A stretch of 64,000 nt of DNA from Candidatus Latescibacterota bacterium (GTDB lineage: Bacteria; Latescibacterota; UBA2968; UBA8231): positions 928,001 to 992,000 of the forward strand of contig OZ220089.1 of NCBI GenBank assembly GCA_964291625.2, given 5' to 3'. Under the pieces are notes generated by a model. That model had not been told where the DNA came from and did not search any database. It was given only the letters and a program-made list of their open reading frames with translations. Within the stretch, counting starts at the first letter, position 1. Each line of letters begins with the position of its first letter. Of the stretch, positions 20,231 through 29,139 are shown one piece after another. A program made the translations under genes and the position numbers.

Positions 20231-21100
20231 TCAGGGGGACTGGGACTCTCCCTCCATGCGGCCCTCGGGGCGTCCCAGGCGTCGGGCCCAGCGTCTCAAT
20301 CGGGGCAGGCCCCGATCCGCCGATTCCGTGCCGCCGGCGGGGGCGTACAACACGAGGGTGACATTGTCCTGATGGGGACGATCGGCGGCTTCGACGGCTT
20401 GAATCAGGTCCGCGGCGGCATGCTCCAATGACGCGTCCAGAGTCTCCTCCAGAATTGCGGCGATCTGCCGATCGCCGAGGGTCATCAGACCGTCGCTCGC
20501 CAGCAGCAGCCGGTCCCCCTTCTCCAGGGGGACCGGCTCGGGCGGCGCGTCCACCAGATGGATCTCCCCGCCCATGACGGCGGACCGCAGCGAGTGCCGG
20601 CCGGGATCCCGGTCCGCTTCGTCCGCGGTCATCCGGCCGGTGGCCACCAGATCCGCGAGAACGGGTGTCATGGAGTGGTCTGCGTTCAGCCGCTCCAGCG
20701 CGCCCCTGCGGAACAACCACAAGGGGGAATCCCCGACGCTGATCCAGTGAAGGCCCTGGCTCGAGACCACCGCCGCCACCAGGGTGGAACCCATGCTGTC
20801 CAGCCCGGGATCGCGGGCGATCGCCTCGGCCATGGCCGTGTTGGCCGCCTGGAGACAGCCCTGGAGGCGGTCGGTGATCGGCCCGGAGGCCCGCGGGTAG
20901 GCATCGACGAAGATCTCTCTCAACAGGCCGCTGGCCGTGGCGCCGGCGACGTGGCCGCCCATGCCGTCGGCCACCAGCACCAGGGAGTGCTCGTGGGGGT
21001 CCTTCCCGAGGGCGCAGGCATCGAGGAAGCCGTAGTCGTCCTCCTGGTGATGCCGTTTGCCGCGGATCTGTCTCGCGGCACAGCGGCCGGCTCCGGTCAC
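20231..21100 (-). CDS. PP2C/PPM-family Ser/Thr phosphatase
   Basis: QEDD, VADGMGGH, GSTL, VGDS, ADHS, LLASDGL, DNVT motifs. Confidence 0.93.
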   Translation of the reverse strand: MTGAGRCAARQIRGKRHHQEDDYGFLDACALGKDPHEHSLVLVADGMGGHVAGATASGLLREIFVDAYPRASGPITDRLQGCLQAANTAMAEAIARDPGLDSMGSTLVAAVVSSQGLHWISVGDSPLWLFRRGALERLNADHSMTPVLADLVATGRMTADEADRDPGRHSLRSAVMGGEIHLVDAPPEPVPLEKGDRLLLASDGLMTLGDRQIAAILEETLDASLEHAAADLIQAVEAADRPHQDNVTLVLYAPAGGTESADRGLPRLRRWARRLGRPEGRMEGESQSP

Positions 21101-21726
21101 GGATCCTCGTTCCCTTCGGAGTCCTGCCAGTCGAACTCCGTACCGCAGAAGGGCACGAACCGAAGCACCGTGTTGCCGATGCCGATGCGGCCCTGGGCCG
21201 GCAACTCGGCCGGCGTGAGAACGGGTTTGTCCCCGAGATAGGTCAGGTTGGTGCCGCCGCCGTGCTGCACGTAGAACTTCCGGCCCCGGGGGTCGTAGGT
21301 GACCACGGCATGGCCGTTGCGCGAGATCTGGTCATCGCCGAAGTCCAGCTTGACACGGTCGGTGGCTCCCCGTCCGAGGGAATTGGATCCATACCCCAAC
21401 TGGAGGGCCCGGCCCTTTCCCGGCCCCTCGACGATGACCAGCCATCCCACGACCGGATCGTCCATGCCGCGGGCTTCGGCGGCGTCCTCCTGGCGGACGC
21501 CCTTGTCCGGCCGCCGAGCCCGTCCACCCACCAGCCGCGTCCTCTCCTCTTCGCCGGCGCCGCCTTGACTCTCCCCTCTCTCCATCCGCCGCGTGGCCGA
21601 ATCGAAGGGCCCGGGGCCGGCCTCTTCCTTGCCCTGGTCGGGCGAGGGGGAATCCTTCTCGGGCTTGTCGGGCTTGTCGGTCCTCTTCTCGGTGATGTTG
21701 CCGTCGGGGCGGCGAAAGACGCGCAT
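21097..21726 (-). CDS. FHA domain protein
   Basis: Disordered N-terminus, then DPVVGWLVIVEGPGKG...SLGRG...ISRNGHA...NLTYL (FHA GR, SxxH and N motifs). Confidence 0.88.
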   Translation of the reverse strand: MRVFRRPDGNITEKRTDKPDKPEKDSPSPDQGKEEAGPGPFDSATRRMERGESQGGAGEEERTRLVGGRARRPDKGVRQEDAAEARGMDDPVVGWLVIVEGPGKGRALQLGYGSNSLGRGATDRVKLDFGDDQISRNGHAVVTYDPRGRKFYVQHGGGTNLTYLGDKPVLTPAELPAQGRIGIGNTVLRFVPFCGTEFDWQDSEGNEDP

Positions 21727-21751
21727 GGTTCCCTTCCTTCCTCGGGGATTC

Positions 21752-22531
21752 CTACTTCTCGTAGAGCCGGTTGATCAGGTTGTCGAGGCAATACTGCCCG
21801 GACTGGTTGAGGGCCATCTCCTCCCGGTTCTGGGCGATGTGGAGGAGGAAGACCAGGATGATCGACTGCACCAGGGCCAGCAGAGTGGTGTAGAAGGCGA
21901 CGCCGAGCCGTCCCGTGATCTGGCGCAGCAAGGTCGGGTCGTGGGGGTCCACGATCTTGGCGGCATAGTCCAGGGAGAGGGCGATGCCGAGAACGGTCCC
22001 CACGAACCCCATCGTCGGGATGAGCCAGACGAGGTAGCGCAACATCGAGTACTTCAGGTCGAGCTCGTGCTGGAACAGCTCGAGGGAGGAGTTCAGCAGG
22101 GAGTTGGCCTGGTTGACGGAGCGGCTTCCCTGGAACTGCAGGATGCAGCGGACGATCAGGCGCGGCAGGTAGAAGGTGCGCTCCCTCGCCACGGGCATGG
22201 ACCGCTGGTGCAGGGCCCCCAGCTCGTCGGCCCGAAGCATGACCTCGTCCTCTTCCGGCAGATAGCCCTTGCGGATCTGCTGCATCTCGAGTCTCGCCTG
22301 GCCGAACCGCACACAGAGCTCACCGCAGCCGACCCAGAACAGCAGCCACATGAGGTTCTGGATGGTGAAGGGATAGGCGAAGTTCTTCGAGTTTCGATCC
22401 AGCAGGAAGTCGCCCGCAATCGAATCCGGATGGTCGAAGACATAGCTCAGCGCCGCGATGTACAGGGCGCCGCCCGCGAGACTGACGATGGTGGCGATCA
22501 GGCGTTGCTCCCTGCTGATGTCCTTCCCCAT
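21752..22531 (-). CDS. MotA/TolQ/ExbB proton-channel family protein
   Basis: Several TM helices; IPTMGFVGTVLGI and AFYTTLLAL match the ExbB/TolQ TM2 and TM3 signatures. Confidence 0.88.
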   Translation of the reverse strand: MGKDISREQRLIATIVSLAGGALYIAALSYVFDHPDSIAGDFLLDRNSKNFAYPFTIQNLMWLLFWVGCGELCVRFGQARLEMQQIRKGYLPEEDEVMLRADELGALHQRSMPVARERTFYLPRLIVRCILQFQGSRSVNQANSLLNSSLELFQHELDLKYSMLRYLVWLIPTMGFVGTVLGIALSLDYAAKIVDPHDPTLLRQITGRLGVAFYTTLLALVQSIILVFLLHIAQNREEMALNQSGQYCLDNLINRLYEK

Positions 22532-22557
22532 GCCTGTCCTCCTCTCGGCTGCTCGGG

Positions 22558-23475
22558 TCAGCCCGGTTTGGCTCCCACCACGTAGCCGTTGTTCTGCTCT
22601 GTCAGGTGGACGAGAAAGTCGATGAACTTCCGGTCGGCGGTGTAGTTGCCCACGGCGACGGCGTGGATGGGGATCCTCTGCCGGTTTTCGGCCGTCACCG
22701 CCCGCACCACCGTGCGCCAATCCTCCGAGGGAGCGCCGTCGCTCAGGAGGATGATCTCCTCCGGCTTCAGGGCCAGGGCCGCCAGCAGGGCGGCGCGAGT
22801 GGGCGTGACGCCATCCACCATCCCCATCCAGGCGCTTACCTGTTCGATGAGCCGCGGCTGGGAATCCTCACTTACCCGGAAGTACTCCCTGCTCTCCGGC
22901 CAGTAGTGCAGCGTCGTTTCCCTGTGCGGGGCGTGGAAACCGATCAGGCAGACCTCTATCTCGGACTTGAAGGAATCGACCATGTCCTTTATGGAGAGGC
23001 GTATGAACTCGCGATAGTCATGCTCTCCCGGGTGGAAGATGCTCCCCGACATGTCCACGACGAAGACGAATCTGCTGGCCCTGGTCTTGATGCCCAGCAG
23101 CACGCTGGTGTCGTCGATCTCCTGCTGCAGCGCCTCCACCTGCTCGACGAGTTCCGCCTTCGTTCGTTGCGCCAGGGCCCCTCTCTGCTCGAGCCTGGCC
23201 TTCTCCTCTCTCAGCCGTTCCAGGTCGGCCCTCTCCCGCTCGGACCTGGATTCCTCCTGGCTCAGCTCGGCCAGGGCCCGGTCGAGATCGGCCTTCGTCT
23301 GGTTCAGCTCGGCCCTTGCCTGGGCCAGCTCCCTCCTCACCTGGCCCAGGATCTCCAGGTTCGGGAAGAGGGGGATCAGCACTATGGTGATCAGGATGAA
23401 CGCGCCGAGAGCCGAGGCGAGCAGGTCGAGGGCGGACATGCCGAAGACGGTGAGCTCCGGTCTGCGTCTCTTCAT
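22558..23475 (-). CDS. Membrane-anchored coiled-coil plus vWA domain protein
   Basis: N-terminal TM MSALDLLASALGAFILI with an Asp; coiled coil; MIDAS VVDMSGS, GVTPT, LLSDG. Confidence 0.85.
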   Translation of the reverse strand: MKRRRPELTVFGMSALDLLASALGAFILITIVLIPLFPNLEILGQVRRELAQARAELNQTKADLDRALAELSQEESRSERERADLERLREEKARLEQRGALAQRTKAELVEQVEALQQEIDDTSVLLGIKTRASRFVFVVDMSGSIFHPGEHDYREFIRLSIKDMVDSFKSEIEVCLIGFHAPHRETTLHYWPESREYFRVSEDSQPRLIEQVSAWMGMVDGVTPTRAALLAALALKPEEIILLSDGAPSEDWRTVVRAVTAENRQRIPIHAVAVGNYTADRKFIDFLVHLTEQNNGYVVGAKPG

Positions 23476-23481
23476 CTCGAC

Positions 23482-25026
23482 TCACTCCTGGACCAGGCGC
23501 ACGGAGAAGGCGATCGGGCCCATCTCGAGTCGATCCCCGTCCTGGAGAGCGGCCCTTTCCCCCGGGTCCAGCAATCGGCCATTCAGCTTCGTCCCGTTCA
23601 GGGTCTCCAGATCCTCCGCCCAGAGTGTGGCGCCGGCACATCCGAGGCGGACGTGCTCGCGCGAGACTTCCTCGTGGTCGACGACGAAGTCCGCGGCGGC
23701 CGGGCTTCTCCCTACCGTCACGCCGGCGGGATCGCTCAAGGCCAGGGCCGAAAGGGTCACCGCGAATGGCCGCCCGGAGCCGTCCTCGCCTTCGAGGAGG
23801 CAGCGGAAGGGGGCGGGTCTCGGTGCTTCGGCCGCAGCCCGGCGTGCGGCTTCCGCACTCTCCTCCGCGGCCCTCAGGCGGGACTCTGCACTGCGCAGCT
23901 GCTCCTTCCTGCGGTTGGAGGCCAGGAGCCGGCCGAGCAGGATGAGCAGGACCAGGGCGCCCCCGATGGGAATCCCCCACTTCAAGCCCAGGGGGATCTG
24001 CCAACCCGCCTCCTGGGAATCGCTCTCGGCCTGGGCTGTCTCGGGGGGAAGGTTGCCGCTGGGCGCGGCGGCTACGGAATCCGTCAGCGCCGCCGCTGAC
24101 TCCAGACGGTCCGCCCGGGCCCTGGCCGCCTGCACGCTCTCGGCCGCGGCCTTCCTCTCCGCGGCCGCCCGCGCCTTCACTCTCTCCGTCTCCCGGCGGG
24201 CCTCCCCTTCCTTCTCCTCCGCCTCTCTGGCGGCCTGTCTCGCGGAATCGGCCTCCGCCCGGAGCAGCTTGAGACTGTCCACGGCCGCCAGCCTTTCCCG
24301 TTCCGCCCGCTCGAGGGCGCTCAGGCACTCGGCATCGGCCACCCCATAGGCGATCTCCCGGTCGTCCAGGGCAGCGATCATGTTCCTGCTGCTCAGGGCG
24401 AAGACGGCCCCTTTCGGTCTGGCGGTTCGGAAGGGCCACGGTTCGCCGCGGGGGTTCGGCACGTTGATGGCCACCACATCTCCGCATTCGTTGAACACGG
24501 GCATGCCGAAGGCTTTCTCGGTGATCAGCGCATTGTGTTGCACCAGGCGCCCCACCGGACGCCCCGCCTTCCTGTCGAAGACCGTCTCGAGCGCGCCTAT
24601 CGTCCCCCGGGAAAGCCAGGGACTTCCCATGACGTCGAAGCGCAGTGTCCGGACGGCCCGGCCCGCGTCGATTCCCCTGTCGGACAGCCTCAGGGGAGGC
24701 AGGTTCAGGCTCGGCGCGTGGAGGAGGGCCAGGTTGACTTGGCGATTGGCGAAGACCCGCTCGGGTACCACCTCGGCGCCCGTCTTCAGAGGCGATACCG
24801 TCACTCTCTCCGCCTCGGCCAGGAGGTGGGCATTCGTCAGGACATATCCCCCTTCATCGACGACGAACCCGCCTCCCTCGACGGCGACCTCGTTGTCATC
24901 ATCGTACGCCCGGACCCGGACGATGCTCTCGGAGACGGTATCGACATCCACCTGGGCCTCCGCGTACCCAGGAGAGCTCCAGGAGGCCAGGAGGAATACG
25001 ACTACGGGCAGGACTGACTCTCGCAT
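23482..25026 (-). CDS. Trypsin-like (S1) domain, probably inactive, plus coiled coil, TM helix and C-terminal FHA domain
   Basis: Signal peptide; VLTNAH; VNLALL; QHNALITEKAFGMPVFN in place of the GNSGGP motif; TM; VGRS...VSREH...NGTKLNG (FHA). Confidence 0.82.
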   Translation of the reverse strand: MRESVLPVVVFLLASWSSPGYAEAQVDVDTVSESIVRVRAYDDDNEVAVEGGGFVVDEGGYVLTNAHLLAEAERVTVSPLKTGAEVVPERVFANRQVNLALLHAPSLNLPPLRLSDRGIDAGRAVRTLRFDVMGSPWLSRGTIGALETVFDRKAGRPVGRLVQHNALITEKAFGMPVFNECGDVVAINVPNPRGEPWPFRTARPKGAVFALSSRNMIAALDDREIAYGVADAECLSALERAERERLAAVDSLKLLRAEADSARQAAREAEEKEGEARRETERVKARAAAERKAAAESVQAARARADRLESAAALTDSVAAAPSGNLPPETAQAESDSQEAGWQIPLGLKWGIPIGGALVLLILLGRLLASNRRKEQLRSAESRLRAAEESAEAARRAAAEAPRPAPFRCLLEGEDGSGRPFAVTLSALALSDPAGVTVGRSPAAADFVVDHEEVSREHVRLGCAGATLWAEDLETLNGTKLNGRLLDPGERAALQDGDRLEMGPIAFSVRLVQE

Positions 25027-25056
25027 GACTATCGGGGGCAGCTCTGCGGAGGCTGT

Positions 25057-25542
25057 TCAGGCCTCTACGACCAGGAGAATGACGATGAACAGATCGCCTC
25101 CGAATGCCTCCGCCATGTCCAGCAACATCCTTTCACTGTCTTCGATCGCAATCTGCCCATCCTCGACGCGAGGTACCGGGGTTCCCCACTCATCCGATTC
25201 ATCCAGGAGCGATACCAGGAGGGTGATTGCGTAGGCCGCGGGAACATGGAGAGCCTGCCCATCTTCCCCGGGGAAGCTCAGATAGAACTCACGGTAGGTC
25301 TCGGGGCTGATTCGCCCATCCCGAATCAGGATCTCGTTGTCCCTGTTGTAGGCCGATCGGGAAATCCTCATCTCGATGAAGACCTCTTCCTTGTAGACAG
25401 CCGGCTCCCCGGGGTCTCCCTTGCTTCCCGTGTCGCCCTTCTCTCCCTGGATCCCTTGAGGGCCCTGGGGGCCAGTAGGCCCTGCGGGTCCCTCGCAGGC
25501 TGCCAGGGCCGCAATCAGCACCATGGGCAGTACGCGAGTCAT
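25057..25542 (-). CDS. Small collagen-repeat lipoprotein
   Basis: Lipobox LAAC followed by GPAGPTGPQGPQGIQGEKGDTG; unknown C-terminal domain. Confidence 0.8.
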   Translation of the reverse strand: MTRVLPMVLIAALAACEGPAGPTGPQGPQGIQGEKGDTGSKGDPGEPAVYKEEVFIEMRISRSAYNRDNEILIRDGRISPETYREFYLSFPGEDGQALHVPAAYAITLLVSLLDESDEWGTPVPRVEDGQIAIEDSERMLLDMAEAFGGDLFIVILLVVEA

Positions 25543-25580
25543 GGAGAGTCTCCTGTCGAGGTTCGGGATCTTCCTGTCCG

Positions 25581-26558
25581 TCAGGGCCTCAGGGCGATGT
25601 CCCGCGGCCACTCCAGCCCGGTGACGATGGTCTCGACCTGGGAGCCGTCGAGGTTGGCCCGCCGAATCCTCTCCCCGATCCATTCCGACCAGTAGATCTT
25701 CCCCCCGTCCAGATCGAGGGCGATGCCCATGCTCTGTTCGGAGAACAGGGTCTCGATCTGCGAACCGTCGAGATTCGACCGCTCGACCCCGGCATCCGAC
25801 GCCCAGTAGAGTTTGCCCCCGGCCTCGTCAACGGCCAGGTCGCGCGCACGATCCACTCCCGTGACGATGATCTCGAGTTGGGAGCCGTCGAGGTCAGCCC
25901 GGCGAATCTCCTCCCCGCGCCAGCCCCCCCAGTACATCTTGCCTCCGCTCAGGTCCAGGGCGATCGCTTCCGATGGCCCCGCCTCGGTGACGAGGGTTTC
26001 CACCGGGGAGCCGCCGAGCCCCGTGCGGTAGATCATCCCTCTCCAGTTCGCCAGGTACGTCTTCCCCTCGGTGACGTCCAGGGCGAGGTCACTTCCCAGG
26101 ACGGTGCCGAGGCTCTCGACCTGGGAGCCGTCGAGGTTGGCCCTCCTGACGCTCTCCGCTTCGGTCCAGTAGACCTTGCCACCGGCCGCGTCGAGGGCGA
26201 TGCCCTCCGGATCGTCCAATCCGGAGACGATGGTCTCAACCTGGAAGCCGTCGAGGCTGGCCCGCTGGATCTCGCCCGCGTCGGAGTCCGCCCAGTACAG
26301 AGCGCTGTATGTCGTTTCTCCCGTGGCGGCACCTGGGTCTCCAGGGGGACCCTGCGGTCCGGATTCTCCCTGGGGGCCCTGTGGTCCTTGAGACCCCTCG
26401 GGGCCTTGAGGTCCGGATTCTCCTTGGGGGCCTTGAGGCCCCACGGGCCCGGCGGGGCCTGGGTCGCCCTTCTCGCCTTGAGGGCCCACCGGGCCCTCGG
26501 GGCCGGTGCACGCGGTGAGGGCGAGAGCAAGTAGCAGCGAAAAAGCAAAGTGATTCAT
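25581..26558 (-). CDS. Lipoprotein: collagen stalk plus YWTD (LDL-receptor class B) beta-propeller
   Basis: GGAGGG RBS; lipobox LTAC; GXY repeats; IALDxxGGKxYW...IRRANLDGS repeats. Confidence 0.88.
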   Translation of the reverse strand: MNHFAFSLLLALALTACTGPEGPVGPQGEKGDPGPAGPVGPQGPQGESGPQGPEGSQGPQGPQGESGPQGPPGDPGAATGETTYSALYWADSDAGEIQRASLDGFQVETIVSGLDDPEGIALDAAGGKVYWTEAESVRRANLDGSQVESLGTVLGSDLALDVTEGKTYLANWRGMIYRTGLGGSPVETLVTEAGPSEAIALDLSGGKMYWGGWRGEEIRRADLDGSQLEIIVTGVDRARDLAVDEAGGKLYWASDAGVERSNLDGSQIETLFSEQSMGIALDLDGGKIYWSEWIGERIRRANLDGSQVETIVTGLEWPRDIALRP

Positions 26559-26586
26559 GACATCCCTCCTTTTCAAAGGGAAGAGG

Positions 26587-28398
26587 TCAGTTTCCATCCT
26601 CAGCCGTTGCCCAGGCGGAGCACCCATCTCGGGTGCAAGCCTCGATCCCGTATTGGCTGCCATAGTAGCCGTCATTTGCACTCCTGTGTGTGTAGGCGTT
26701 CTCGTAGACCTCCGAAGCCAGGAGTCCACAGTATTGGGGACGCTCCTCGCAGCTCCAGAAATCGTCATAGTAGATGTTGTAGTGGGAAGCCCCCTCCACG
26801 TGCTCCCAGCTCAGTTCCGCCACTCGTCCAACCCGAGTGAAGACAAAATTCCGTGGAGCTGTACAGAACGGCACGGCAGACCCCTCGGGCATGCACCCAT
26901 TCAGCGCGGCGTTTCCATTGAGGTTCAGTAGTTCCAGGTTGGGGAGATTGCCCAATTCCTGTGGGATAGACCCTTCCAACAGGTTGTCCTGGAGGTCAAG
27001 CCTTTCCAGGGCGGTGAGGTTTCCCAGCTCCGGTGGTATCTCCCCTCGCAACTCATTCTGGAACAGATACAGCGTCTTCAGCCGGGCGAGGTCCCCCAGT
27101 ACCGATGGAATCTCCCCATCCAACTGGTTGGTGGCGAGACCCATGGTCTCCAGGTAGGCAAGGTCGCCCAATTCCCATGGTATCTCCCCTCGCAGCTGGT
27201 TCTGTCCGAGGTCGAGGAATTCGAGGTTGGCGAGGTTGCCAAGCTCCGGGGGAATCTCCCCCTGCAACTGGTTCCCGGAGAGGTCCAGCCTTTGCAGGTT
27301 GGCCAAGTCCCCCAGTTCGGGCGGCAGGGTCCCGAACAGTTGGTTTTCCTCCAGTACCAGGTGGAGAACGATGAGGCCGCTGGGATCGGTCGTGACGCCG
27401 TGCCACTCGTTGAGGCCACGGCTGCTCGTCCACCTGTTATTGCTCGTCCAGTTGATTCCTCCCGTGGCATTGTAGAGGGCGATCAGTGCTGCGCGGTCTC
27501 CGGTAGCAGGGATCCCCCCTCCCTCGCCTCCGCCAGCGCCGGGAGGCCCCTGGGGGCCTTGGGGACCTCGCTCGCCCTGGGGGCCTTCGGGTCCTTCCGG
27601 GCCTTGGGGGCCTTGGGGGCCTTCAGGACCCTCGGGCCCTTGTTCGCCTTGTTCGCCTTGTTCGCCTTGTTCCCCTTGTTCCCCTTGGGGCCCTGCCGGA
27701 CCCCGCTCGCCCTGAGGGCCTTGAGGACCCTGCTCACCTCGCTCGCCCTGGGGGCCTTGAGGACCAGGAGGTCCTTGGGTTCCCTCTCCGGTGCCCTCAG
27801 GCCCTTGAGGGCCTTCGGGACCCTGTTCGCCTTGCTCACCCTGGGGGCCTTCAGGCCCTTGAGGCCCCTGGTCGCCTCGTTCTCCCTGTTCTCCCTGCTC
27901 TCCCTGCGGACCCTCAGGCCCCTGAGGCCCCTGTTCACCCTGGGGGCCCGCCGGACCCTGGCCGCCCTGTTCCCCCTGCGGACCCGCCGGGCCCTGTTCG
28001 CCGCGCGGACCCTGGCCGCCTTGCTCGCCCTGGGGACCCGCCGGACCCTGTTCGCCCCGCGGACCCTGGTCGCCCTGCTCGCCCTGGGGACCCGCTGGAC
28101 CCTGTTCGCCCTGCGGACCCTGATCGCCCTGCTCGCCCTGGGGACCGGCCGGACCTTGCTCCCCCTGCGGGCCTGCCGGGCCCTGCTCACCTTGGGGGCC
28201 GGCCGGACCTTGCTCACCCTGGTCGCCCTTCTCCCCCTGGTCGCCTTTCTCCCCCTGGGGTCCCTGGCCCCCAACTTCGCCCTGCTGTCCTTCTTCGCCC
28301 GTGGGCCCCATGGGGCCTGCCGGGCCCGGCGGCCCCTGTGGGCCTCTGCATGCGGCGAGGCCGAAGACCAACAACAACAGAAGTGCCGGATATCTCAT
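26587..28398 (-). CDS. Lipoprotein: long collagen stalk, LRRs and Cys-containing FN3-like domain (paralog of 5617-6519)
   Basis: GGAGG RBS; lipobox LAAC; ~800 bp of GXY; [14 protein letters not shown] cap; LRRs; [15 protein letters not shown]. Confidence 0.9.
   Translation of the reverse strand: MRYPALLLLLVFGLAACRGPQGPPGPAGPMGPTGEEGQQGEVGGQGPQGEKGDQGEKGDQGEQGPAGPQGEQGPAGPQGEQGPAGPQGEQGDQGPQGEQGPAGPQGEQGDQGPRGEQGPAGPQGEQGGQGPRGEQGPAGPQGEQGGQGPAGPQGEQGPQGPEGPQGEQGEQGERGDQGPQGPEGPQGEQGEQGPEGPQGPEGTGEGTQGPPGPQGPQGERGEQGPQGPQGERGPAGPQGEQGEQGEQGEQGEQGPEGPEGPQGPQGPEGPEGPQGERGPQGPQGPPGAGGGEGGGIPATGDRAALIALYNATGGINWTSNNRWTSSRGLNEWHGVTTDPSGLIVLHLVLEENQLFGTLPPELGDLANLQRLDLSGNQLQGEIPPELGNLANLEFLDLGQNQLRGEIPWELGDLAYLETMGLATNQLDGEIPSVLGDLARLKTLYLFQNELRGEIPPELGNLTALERLDLQDNLLEGSIPQELGNLPNLELLNLNGNAALNGCMPEGSAVPFCTAPRNFVFTRVGRVAELSWEHVEGASHYNIYYDDFWSCEERPQYCGLLASEVYENAYTHRSANDGYYGSQYGIEACTRDGCSAWATAEDGN
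27535..28345 (-). repeat. Collagen-like GXY tandem repeat region
   Basis: [12 protein letters not shown] triplets with 9-, 27- and 54-bp DNA periodicity. Confidence 0.92.
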
Positions 28399-28427
28399 GA
28401 TCCTGCCTCCTTGACGTTTCTGAATGA

Positions 28428-29117
28428 TCAGAAGTGAAGCACAAGCCGGGCGCCTGCGGACCCGTTGCGTTGAATCACGGGATCGATCCCGAGCGTGACC
28501 CGGTCCCCACCCAGTTCCAGCAGATGTCCGAATTCCGGTTGCTGACCTTCCTCGTTGATCCGGTTGGCAGAGAGGTTCGCGTCGATCACCGACCACACGG
28601 CGCTACCCAACCAGAGAGGAGTCCCGACAAAGACCGTCCAATCATCGCCGTCCTCATCGACCCATTGGAGCGGATTGAGGGACGACTCTTCTTCATAGCT
28701 GTCATGAGTCTCCCAGTTGTCCCGCAGCCCCCACCACACGAGGCCGGCCCCGGCCACGGCCACACCGAGCTGGGGCAGCCCCTTTTCGTACTGGTCATTG
28801 TAGAACTGGCCGGCACCGGGGATCAGCAAGGACAGGCCCGAAGCAAGCCAGGGCTTCTTCTCCTCGGCCTTGATGAATCCTTCCTCCACTTTCATCACCC
28901 GTTCCCGGCTGATTTCGGCGATCTCGTAGATGGTGAACTCGAACACATTTCCGTCGGCCGTCTGTATCTTCAGCGATTCTCCTGGATTCTGTTCGATGAT
29001 GGTGCCGCGAACCGTCTCTCCATTCTTCAGATGGATGACATCTTCGATTTTCTGGGCCAGGAGGGGAGAGTGGGTTGCAAGCCCAGTCAACAGGAGAACC
29101 ACCAGGAAACCGCGCAT
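28428..29117 (-). CDS. Secreted/membrane hypothetical protein with TM2-like motif
   Basis: Signal peptide; [19 protein letters not shown]; [21 protein letters not shown]; WSVIDA; C-terminal Phe. Confidence 0.7.
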   Translation of the reverse strand: MRGFLVVLLLTGLATHSPLLAQKIEDVIHLKNGETVRGTIIEQNPGESLKIQTADGNVFEFTIYEIAEISRERVMKVEEGFIKAEEKKPWLASGLSLLIPGAGQFYNDQYEKGLPQLGVAVAGAGLVWWGLRDNWETHDSYEEESSLNPLQWVDEDGDDWTVFVGTPLWLGSAVWSVIDANLSANRINEEGQQPEFGHLLELGGDRVTLGIDPVIQRNGSAGARLVLHF

Positions 29118-29139
29118 AGCCGCCTTTCCTCCCAAGCCT

